Assembly: GCA_965644265.1 (NCBI GenBank)
Contig: OZ286465.1
Span: forward strand, 78,678,001-78,742,000
DNA length: 64,000 nucleotides
Direction: 5' to 3'
From: Glycera tridactyla
Taxonomy: Eukaryota
A program made the position numbers and the translations under genes. This document shows positions 38,101-50,100 of this stretch, piece after piece (the stretch's first letter is position 1; each line of letters starts with the position of its first letter). The notes under the pieces were generated by a model, which saw only the letters and a list, made by a program, of their open reading frames with translations, was not told where the DNA came from and made no database searches.

Positions 38101-41100
38101 TGTATAATCTATCTTTGGGCCTGCTACACTTGTGGTAATTGACAAAGGTCTGATCGCAATAGAGAGTAGCTGACTTAATTGAGTTAAGTATATATTGCTG
38201 GAAAAAAGTGTGAACCAGAGCAGGTAAGAGATTGAGTGCACAAAACCGACTATAAGAGTTCATGTACATGGTAAGTATCTCCTTATAGACGTATGTGAAT
38301 ATGATAAAGTGGCATGGCACAGAGAGCTTGAATGATATCGGTCATTGTGAGCATCTCAGCATCTCAGCGCCCATTACTACCAACTGGTCTGACCTACGAA
38401 AAATCACAAATGAAGGATTATTTACAAAGATGGTGATTTGATATTGGACAACATTGGTGATGAACATTTTCTTTCAGCTTATGGTCACCATCACATGGAT
38501 AATGACCCATTCTCAACTTTCCTCTATTTTTCTTTATATGTATTTTTTAGCTTCTAGGAATTGCATGTCTGCACTTGATGGTTTTAAGTCTGTTCAAGAA
38601 GACATAACCTAGGGTTCGCTTTGACTGCTATCGAGGGGGGACATTTGTCTGATTTATTTTCAAAACTAGAGACAACACCAGGGCTGCCAAGTATTCCGCA
38701 TTTTCCGTAACTAGTACGAATTTAAGGCAAACTCCGCAAGTTCCGATTCGCCATCGCTGGTTACGATTGTGGCATCCGCCGGCTGAAATCCCGATAAAAT
38801 CGTTGAAATCTGGTGAAAATCCGGCTTTATTGCGCGAAAAGACGTGATCTCAGGGTGCCGCCATCTTGCGATGTTGTGGAGGTAGAATCGCGCGAGACTC
38901 GAGGTGATCCAATCGCAGTTCAGCGAATTAGCGAGAGATGGCGGGGTTTCATGAAAAATGCGAGTTTCACAGCGCCACCCGTGTTGGTAGCGGAAATAAT
39001 CGGAACTATCGTAATTCGTCAAATTTGCGACAGATGGCGGGGTTTCATGCAAATTGCGAGTTTTACAGCGCCACACGTGGTGGCGGCAGTATTTATCGGA
39101 GCTATTACTCAGCTAGGGGCATTACAAAAGCTTACTGAAAATTGGTTACTGAAAATGGACCCAGGTTACTGAAAATGGGGTCTCGGGGTACTGAAACGCG
39201 TTTCCGGAGGTTGGCAGCCCTGCGACACCCTCGGATCAGGGGACACTGGCATTGGATGCCTGGACATAATATCTTATATTTCAACAACATTTTCATAGAG
39301 AATGAATAAAATTGAGATAAATTTTGTGCTGAAAACAGTGCAGAGAAGGACAGATCTGTTGTTTTGTTGTTTGACAATTCTTTATACTCGATCCAAATGA
39401 GGAATTCAAATTCAAAGATCTGGTAATGAAGATTCATGAAATGACAATAGAGTAGATGCTTGTACTTTATGATGGTCAGAGCTCGGTTACTGAGGTCAGA
39501 GATCAACATCCCACTGGCCTGACTGGTTGTCAGATAGCATCACTCTTGCTGCAGCAGTCGATATGAAACGGGTCAAGCACCCTAATAATGCATCAAATGA
39601 TGCAGGGGCACAGCTGAGAGCCAACATTGATGACTGTCATGAATTTTTGTCTCCTATCTGCACCATTACCATTCTGAGATTTTTGTTGATGGAGTTGAAC
39701 TGTTTTTGCATGTTTGGTTGTGAATGGTTTTGTTGTATTTGAGTGAAGGGCATTCAACAGTTCAAGAAGTGATTACATCTATATATCAGGAGTTGATGCA
39801 GATGAAAAAGTCAGATATAAGATTTTATCATGTAAATAGAAGTAAACTTGTCTACAAAGACCACCTTTGAAGAACAAACAGTGTTTTTGTAGACATGTGG
39901 CATTTGTGTAGAAAATACTGTATCATAGGCACTGCTCAATGGGCCTCATAGGTAGGGAGCCTTTGTACAGGCCTATTCATCATGCTACAATTCAGAAAAA
40001 AAGATAAAATGTCTCATAATTTGGACTACATGAGTGTGTACAGGCCTACTCATCATGAATCAATTCAGAAAAAAAGATAAAATGTATTATAATTTGGACT
40101 ACATGAGTGTGTACAGGCCTACTCATCATGAATCAATTCAGAAAAAAAGATAAAATGTTTTATAATTTGGACTACATGAGTGTGTACAGGCCTACTCATC
40201 ATGAATCAATTCAGAAAATAAGATAAAATGTATTATAATTTGGACTACATGAGTGTGTACAGGCCTACTCATCATGAATTAATTCAGAAAAAAAGATAAA
40301 ATGTATTATAATTTGGACTACATGAGTGTGTACAGGCCTACTCATCATGAATTAATTCAGAAAAAAAGATGAAATGTTTTATAATTTGGACTACATGAGT
40401 GTGTACAGGCCTACTCATCATGAATCAATTCAGAAAAAAAGATAAAATGTATTATAATTTGGACTACATGAGTGTGTACAGGCCTACTCATCATGAATCA
40501 ATTCAGAAAAAAAAAATTGTCTACAAAGACCACCTTTGAAGAACAAAGAGTGTTTTTGTAGACATGTGGCATTTGTGTAGAAAATACTGTATCATAGGCA
40601 CTGCTCAATGGGCCTCATAGGTAGGGAGCCTTTGTACAGGCCTACTCATCATGCTACAATTCAGAAAAAAAGATAGAATGTATCATAATTTGGACTACAT
40701 GAGTGTGTACAGGCCTACTCATCATGAATTAATTCAGAAAAAAAGATAAAATATTTTATAATTTGGACCACATGAGTGTTGCTGTGTATATCCAGACACA
40801 TATTGCAACCTCTTCATTCAAAATCGATCAAAAATTCTCTGGAGGGATTTCTGATACATGGAGATAGCAAGAGCAATCATTTTGTTATCAATTTGCCCAT
40901 CTGATGTTTTTGCATGAATCATAGTTGTGTGCTTGGCTTTATTATTGCTGTTGTATTTGCTCTATTTTTGGCCTTGCCTATTTATTTATGTTGTTGTATA
41001 GGTATGTGTACTTTTCAACTTTCAGGTACTCGGGTGGTTATGGCACACATGGAATTTCCTCCAGTCAGATTTCGAAACCCAGTTGACCATTGTATAGTCC

Positions 41101-44100
41101 TCATTCAAATCAAATTGTCCCCACTAAAACATCCAAGTCATGAGAAGAATATGACACAAATTTGAACCCATGGACAGACTTGTGTCAGTAGTATTCTGAC
41201 AGGTTCTTGGGCTATGACACATAATGGGTTTCATCCCTTGAAAATCGTAGCACATGTGCAAAGATTAGTAATGTGTGGAAAGTTCATGTGATGCCATAGT
41301 CTATTTTGCACCAGGAGTACCAGAAAGCTTTGCATGCATGTGCTCTTTGTTGACTGGCTTTAGCTTGCATTCTCGCCTTTGCAGATCTTACACTGACTCG
41401 CGTTTGTAGCGCCAAAGAGTTTAAACGCCACCTAAGTGAGACAGCGGCTATGTCATCGGTGCCCGCACACTGCCGGCAGCTCTCGCAGCCCTGCTCCTCA
41501 CACTACAATGATACTCATATGCCATTACCAAACATCCACTCACAACATAAAGGTATCGGATTCACACCTGCTCATGCTTACACGTATTCACACCACGGGT
41601 GTTGATCCCGCCCTCCTACTCACAAGGTTGTGGTGGTTGGTTAACAATCAGATTACTCCCTCTCCTACTTTCCTGGCCGATGTATATTCAATTACCTAAA
41701 TGTTTTCCTGTCAATTTTTCTTTCTAATTTGTCATCTGCAATACACGATTTATCATTACTAAAAGCTTTTTTCGGACTGTGATCAATCCAGGAAAACATG
41801 GGTGTTGGATTATACACAATAGCTATTGTTCAAGTTCTCCATTAATTAATCACTAATCACTTTCACTATATTTCGACTTTCAGGTAGCTATCTATTTTTC
41901 TAATGGGATAACACCCTAACATGGTTTCACACTTATTCAAGCTCCTTTAACCCTGTAGACCACTCGTGATGTTTAACAGGTGGATGGGTATTTTGTAACA
42001 GGATCAACTGCTGATACCATCCTTGTCTAGAAATAGTATGTCCTTCAACTAAATTTTAGCCGTTGGCTTGGTGGAGTCCCCATCTGAAGGGAAATTTAGC
42101 AGCTACCCAACTTGAGCCGTCTTGATTCTGTTATGCATGGATAAGTTACTATTCAAACTCATTCGAGAAGCATGGAAGGTAGGGATGCACTCAGAGGCAG
42201 CTCATTAACAAACTCTTATGAATCTGGAATTTAACGTAGTTGCAAGGAGTATGACCAGTTCTGCCATCAAACCACAAATTCCGGGATTATTCGTCTTTGA
42301 GATGTGCATATACAGTGAAACCTGCGACGAGAGACCGCCCTAAATGTCACCAAAAAGCGGTCTCTCAAAAGAGGTGGTCTCTCGTCGGAGGTATTTTTGA
42401 CTATGTCAAATAGAAAAGCAGTCCTGGAAAAGCGGTCTCCTGTTGGAGGTGGTCTCTCGTTGGGGGTCTCTCGTCGCAGGTTTCACTGTATTGGTGAATA
42501 TCACCCCATCATGCATTGAATGCCATCAATCATTGACATATCAAGGTGCAAACAGCTCATCCATAGCCTGTGAGAGGCGATGAAAGCTCTCCCTTAATTG
42601 CTCAACCGTGTGTGCCAAATCTGATGACAGGATTTCCTCAGATTCGGTTCTGAATAGACGCGCGTGCCATCTGCTCATGTTTTCATGCCCTGCACATATA
42701 TACAGCAATATACAATATACCAGGACTGGAAACTTGTGTTTGCAGCATGCGCTTGATGAGATCTCCAACTATCAAAGGCATTCAAGTGCCACAACGGATG
42801 ATAGCATGTGTGGATGAAAGCTGGCTTAACAACGTCAAAGATGAAAAATTTAGTTTGGAGATTCAATAAAAGGATTCTGTGAGGCAGTTTCTCAGGAATA
42901 TTGGATTCCTGTATCCCACATCTGAAGGAATTACAGGTAGATTTGAATTCATCTCAGAAACAGGACATAGTATTACAGCACATCCAGAATGCCCGCTTCT
43001 TAAGGACCATCAACTCTAGTATGCTACTTGTGAATCCACATCAGTTCCCTGTCAAGGGTGAGGAATGCATCAGTAGCCAGGAAATCCTGGGATTTAATGC
43101 TACGAGGTTTTGAAACATGCATCAACAACATGTGATCATCCAGAGCTGCAAAAATACTGCAAGCATCAAAGCTTATTCAAAGGGGATAGTGAGATCAGAT
43201 TTCAGCAGCGCTTTAATGGTAGGTTTCTCAACAAGATTTCTAGGACAAGATGAACTTGGCCAAGCAGCTTGTGAAGTCAGTAGCTTCAAACTGAAAGCGC
43301 AAGGAAACAGACTTCCCTCTGAAATCTTCTCTGCAACATTGGCCAACTGTGAATTGAGGATGCAATCAAATATTTCAGCATAACCACCTGAGAATGAATG
43401 AATGCGGATGATTGCTGAAATATTCATTCTCCTGAATAGACTGCAAGTATCATGGTGCTACACCACTAAGAGTTCACCAACAACACCATTGTAATACAAT
43501 TACAAAAGTCGGATACAGGCTTTCGTCAAAGTTCATGATAATTCATCCGAGCAGGAGGAAAGATGGAGGACAGAAGAGGATTCCCATTATATGGATGATT
43601 TCCTATTACTTGCATGCTGGTAACCCACTAATACTGGTGATATACCACCAACAGCATGCGCATCATATCGAGTGGTGAGAAGTACTCGATGCTATATAGA
43701 GTCAGTACTCAGTATATAGCTATTGACCGATCTGCATTACATTTCAGCATGGACTCATGTGATCCTTTGGCAGCTGCTTAAGAATTAGTCAAGATTTAGT
43801 ATCTTGCTTAACAAGAATGTCAACTGGAGTGCAATATCATTCATTAGCACGGGACCTAACATGGTGACAAGTCACAGGTCGATTGAATGCTTGCTTTTTA
43901 TATTAACCCCGCTTGTAGTAACATCCGCATTGACCGCCAATAGCAACCAAAATAGCACCATTGACCGGAGAGGATCGGTTCATTCTTTTCAAATCACATC
44001 ATGGTTGTTTGGAGAATCATGGCGTTCAAGGTCATTGAGGAAGTCAAGCTGAAGGTCACACTCTTGTTGTAGCTGGCAGGTCTCAGTGGGGTCAGCAGGA

Positions 44101-47100
44101 GAGTGACTACGGGTATGAAAGCGACGGTGAGGACAGCATATGCTCTCCCCGGCCCGAATCCCGAGGCCGGTCAGAACGGCACAAACGAATGCAGCTGGAA
44201 CGTCAGGTGTCTACTCTACCGCCCGGTTTAGAAGGGGTTGGATACCAGTCATTCAGTGGCAAACCCTTCACCAACAAAACAGTGCAGGGCTTAAAGAAGG
44301 CAGCTGCTGTGGCCGGTGATGCTGGTAAGAATCTACATTCGTTAGTGACTGGGGCTCCCATATATTATCCGCATCTAGTGCATCCGTATATTGCCCTTTT
44401 GAACGTTCCAATTCAATATAACTTGTGCATACTTAGAAAGGGAAATGCATTCATTTCACTGTCATCTACCTTGGTATTAGGCTCATGCTTGCTCGACATG
44501 GGTACTTCCAATTTTCTTCCTTCTATCTAGCATGACAAATCGCGGCCTGGTCAAGAGTAAAGAACACTCATCACTATGACCTGATTCCTTTGCTATGCAT
44601 GCACTGGTGTGACTTCAACATAGCAGTCGGGGACTGGCATGTTTCTGTCTCAGTTTGAAGGCTCCTGCCTTTGGACTTCACATATAAGGAGCAGTTCCTG
44701 GTAGTTTTCCCTCTTGATCTCTGTATTTTTTCACACTATTTGTAAGGGGAGACTCTGTCCTGAACTTCTTTCTCTCTCTTTCCAAATCAGATAGAATCCA
44801 ATGATAAGAGTCAAGGTGTCTGATTCTGGTTTAGAACAAACCATCATCAGTCCCCCTCTCTGCACCTCTACTTACTTGCCATGGTATACTGTGGAAAAGA
44901 TCTACCTCAGTGACAGAAATCGGTTGCAAGGATGTAATCAATCATCGGATTGGCATATCCAGCCGATCATTGATTGAAATTGGTTGTGTAAAAGTTTTTC
45001 TATCTTGGCACATGCTAGTTCCATTTATCGCCACCAGGCATGATTGGCGCTACGAAAATCATTTGCGAGATTGACTTACATGAACCCTTGACTTACATTT
45101 CTCTGGACTGTGCAGATCTGCTACTTGGTTCAAATTTTTTTTTTCGATAACCAATTTTGGCAACCAAATGACTTTCAACTCCATTTGATTATCGTACCAC
45201 CACGAGTGTATCTTATATACCTTAAACCTTCACTCCTGAAGATTTTAAATCTGTCGGTCAAGAACATCCCATCATGTTAGACAAGTTTACCTCCAGTCAA
45301 TTACCGTATCCTTCATAAGCTTGTGATACTTCACCACTACCACCATTCCCTCCTATCATCAAAACACTTTTACATTGCAACCGTTACACTGAAATTGTAA
45401 CTCCCTCTGTGTTATGTTCGTCTCAATCACAACTGCCATTGCTGCTCCATCCCTATCCACAATAGCATCTCTGGAAACCCGAAGCATTCTTTGCTCACCA
45501 CAATCACCTATCTCCGATGACTATTATCAGTTTGACCGATGAACCAAATGTCAGTCTTGTGAATCCTGACTTACCACTGTTGTTGACGCTGAAGATAGTA
45601 TACACTGCAGGTACACTGTGCTTTCACTATTGAAAATCCCTGTTCCTGTTAATAATCTCATCCTCAGTGTAAATACAGTACTACCACTGAAGCAATAAGG
45701 GCAATGCTTTCTGAGAAATGAAACCTTACAAAATTTTTCTCTTCTCCGAGCCTGCACAATGTTGAAATGTGCATGGATATTTTCTTCTTTATTTGTATTC
45801 TTATGGATTATCTTATCTTTCTGGATTCTTTGGTAACTGCTTGATAATCCATAGTATACCAGTAGCTTTGTGTCATTCAATTCTCTTTTCTTTGGAAATT
45901 ACTCCACGGATTTTCATCTTTTGATTGATTTATTTTGGAGAAGGATGCCTAGCTGCTCTTAACATCTCTGGTTAAAACGATGATTGTTCGCATTATCCTA
46001 TGAGTCCTAAACTTTCCTTGATGATAATGCGAAGAATCAGAATGTGTGTTTGAATATTTTTATATTGAAAAATATATGATTTGCTGTTGTCAAAACGAAT
46101 CTATTCTTTCATGTCTTACATGGGTAGATGGGAAGGGGGTGATATTCAATACTTGGTATGCTGCTGAGCTGAAGTTTGCATTTTGCTTCATGTGCAGCAT
46201 GATTTCTGAATGAAAATCTTTCCATTATTGTCGTGGTTTTTGTTCGTGTGGGCTTTTTTTGCATGCAATGCACATATTAGCATGTGTTGAGCACTTTTGG
46301 TAATAGCAGTGAATAAAAGAATTGCACTTTGACTAGTATCGATATGTATGATGAGAGGAAACTTTCAAACATCTCCCGAGAGCTGATAATTTTCACAGTT
46401 TTGTGCAGGATTAGTGTGGTATCATCTTTTTTACTTATGATTAATTTTCCCAGTTGTTAGTTTTCGAATACTGTTATAGCTTGATTTCCGTTCATAACGC
46501 TGGCCTCTGCAGGTGATGGCAGATAGCTATGTAATGGTTCCAGAGTGGAACAAGCAAGTATGACACTTCTGACACTATGCTATGCATCATCAAAATCGCC
46601 CATCTGACCAAACCATATCTCTGTCTTTCTCTCCCAGCATCATTAAGAGTGAATATTTCGACACACTTCTTGAAGATTCTATCTAAAACAATATTTGTAT
46701 AGACAATATAGACGCAACTTTACTTATACAGACGAGGAGCAGTACATGCATGCGGCGTACAGAAGGAGAAATTCTGTCTTAACAATGTATGTGTTCTTAT
46801 ACTAGTTTGTATAAAAAAGACATGAATTAGTTTGTTAACCTGTGTGAGGATTGGGCCCTGGTCTTCCAAACTCACAATCAGTGTTCTCCCCTCAATTGGG
46901 TGAGCTCACTTCTTTTTCATAAATTTTCACAATTTCCAGTTGTGCCGCTTGATACAATATCATATAGAAACGCCCAAAAATATTGTTTTGATACTGACCT
47001 GGAAGTATTTAGCTAATTGATTCATTCAGTTGTGAAAAAAATGAGACAAGATTCAGCAGAATGCACTGATACTAGTGTCGGGAGATTTGTGTTCATCCAT

Positions 47101-50100
47101 TGTTCCACTCTAGTACCAGTATGTAGTGATTCACCCAGACAGGTGGGAGCATTTAGGGGAAATCATGCTATTGGTACATCATCTGAAAAGTACAGTCGAA
47201 CCCCCTCTAAAGACCACCTCTCTATAAAGACCACCTTCCTGTAAAGACCGCCCTGAACTGCAACTGTGGTAGTATTTTCTACAGTAAATGACCTCTCTAC
47301 AAAGACCACCTCCCTATAAAGGCCACTTTTTGGTTCGGCCGATGGCGGTCTTCATAGGGAGGTTCGACTGTACATTCGTTTCAAACCACTGAAGTACTTG
47401 AAATTATACTTGAAACATGGCTTGGATTGTTGCAAATTTTCAAGGTGAATTTTGAATTCTTGGATATTTAATAACAGTCTCTCATCATACATGCATATAG
47501 AGTTATTTTTGATTTTCATAGGCTTTGCACATATGAAGCTTAGTTTTTCTATTTCTTTGAGATATTACCGATATTCTCAAGTTTGATATTTGCCACAATT
47601 TAGCTGTATAAGATAGGGCAAACGCAAATGGAATGAGTGAGTATGGCAGCTTACCCTCTGATTAGGTAGATATATCTCGCTGGTTTCCATGCTGGAGGTA
47701 CGCAGATCTGACAGTCGGGAAGTATGCTGATATGTTTGCTGATTGCTTATGTTCACAAGGTTCGATAGGTCCCGGGTCATTAGCATTACCGAGTACGCAG
47801 AACAGCCAGAGTCCTGGCGGAAGTCCAACCAAGGGCCATAGCCACAGCGCCCATACGTCACCCACGAATACTGCCAAACTAAGGCCTAGGGCTCGCTCTG
47901 CTGAATCAGACAACAAAAAACTGGTAAGTGCCAGATCACTTTCAGGCAAAGTTTCAGGTATAGTTTTCAGGTGATCAATGGAACCTAGATACCGCTGCTT
48001 CAGATCCTCTGATGTTTAAATCTTGTTTATGATAAAACTTTAAAAAAATTGATTTCAGGTTATTTCCTTTGTAGTGACTTCCATTCCTGTTTGATTAAAG
48101 TACCACATGATGATATATCACTGCCACGTATGATACCTTGTGATGGATGTATTTCTCTCAGGAATGTGATAGTTTGAACTTGAAAGTGTATTTGATGATG
48201 ATAATATTATATTTTAGTTCATGAAAATCGGGCCAGACTCTGTGCAGATAGAGCACAGAGTCGGTATAGAGTTAAAGTAGCAAGTAGTCACAATTCCTTT
48301 ATCCACAAAATATTGGTGAAAACTGCCCCTAGTCAGGTTTGCAGGATTTTTGTTTGTCAGCTTTTCACATCCCTGTTCTCTCCATTAGCCAGTGTATGCA
48401 CCCATAATCTGTCAGGTATTCAAAATAGAAAATCTACACTATACCGATATGGATGTGGTGATTTTACATTCATAACTGTCTTTGGCTGCTAATATGAGTT
48501 GTTTAAGACTATTCTGAGGTATGGCTTCAATTCTGTGGTATGCCAGCCATTATGATTCCTCGGAGATGATCTCAATTTCTGGTCCAAAAGTGGTTAGGTC
48601 ATGCTGGACAGAAATTAGAAAAACTCATCTTTCATCATTGTGAACACTACTCATTATACTTTGAAACTGATGAAGATGACGGAGGACTGGTGAAATTATT
48701 GGACTTGCACAATAGCTTGGTAGAATTGAATTTTTGCCAAACATTGGTAACCTTAGATGTGTATTTGCCACAGATAACAACACTAAACCATTATCATTAC
48801 TATAATGTTAATTGTAGCTAGTTATCGCTGCAGGTGTGTATAATAGTCATATTATTTCTTGTAGCAACAGCGATCACGGCGAGATTCCAATGAAGATTGG
48901 GAGATTCCGAATCCAGACATTCTGATTGGTCCACGAATAGGCTCAGGTTCATTCGGAACTGTATATCGAGGGCAGTGGCATGGGCCGGTAGCAGTTAAAC
49001 GATTAAATGTGAAAGATCCCACTCCTGCACAGATGCAGGCTTTTAAAAATGAAGTAGCTGTGCTTAGGTAAGTGTATCTAATTTTATGTTGAAAATAGCC
49101 TATGTAGCTCAATACATATGAGTATTTAGTGAACTGTAGATTTTTATTTTCATCTCAAATCTGATCATTGTATTTGAAAAGTGTCCTATATATGTAGGAA
49201 ACGTGTACTACATGCATATTCATTTTTTTTTTTGTGAATGCATGTGCATATTTCTGAGTGCATGCACGTGTAGTGTGTGAACACCAATCATCAACTGCCC
49301 ATGGCATATTTTATTGAGAGTGATTAAGATGGGGGGGGGGGGGGGGGTACCTTTGCAAACTGTTTTGTATCAAGTCATAATATTCCAGGATCCAACTTCA
49401 GAAATGACGATCAATGGACAGTCCGTATGAATTGCTGGAAATTGCACTTTCTGAGGAATTTGGTACAAATACTGAATACGAGAAACTTGAATCGTTCAGA
49501 GATTTACTGCACATTTTATGCCAACTTGTGACGATTGTTTGTTTGTTTGTTCATTTGACTGTGTTGACTGATCTCAGCCCAGTACCATTGTCAGAGCCTG
49601 AAAGTCCCAGTCCTTTCAGTGCTGTTGTTAGCTATTTGTGGGTGACAGGTCTAATCTTGGCAGGGCGCAACCCTCGATCAGCCATTCTTGATGTTTGCAT
49701 GTGTGTGTATGCTGAGGAGAGGTCTCAGTGTATCTGGTTTGTAGTCACTCATTATAGCAGCCCCGCTAACCTAGGACCATTGTTTTTAGTTCTTAGCGAT
49801 AGACATTCACTCAAGATTGTTTAGCAAGAGAGTTGAGTTCACCACCAGTTCCATGAGTTCACACCCTTATTCAGTTGATTGACACTCTTGAACCATTTCT
49901 GTTTCAGAAAAACACGACATGTGAATATCTTATTATTCATGGGTTGTACTTCAAAACCGCAGTTAGCAATTGTAACGCAATGGTGTGAAGGATCAAGCCT
50001 TTACAAACATTTACACGTCAATGAAACCAAGTTCGAGATGAACACGCTAATCGATGTTGCACGACAGACAGCACAAGGCATGGAGTGAGTAGTGTCTAAT

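Noticed and set aside
24945-40778. Regular repeats as possible CRISPR arrays
   Set aside because: Whole units repeat with no unique spacers; eukaryotic intron context
42770-43250. Long semi-open + frame ([14 protein letters not shown]...)
   Set aside because: About six or more stops in about 160 codons is near random expectation; no motif recognised
46845-46910. tRNA-like antisense segment
   Set aside because: A/B boxes too degenerate and no cloverleaf; at most an old SINE head
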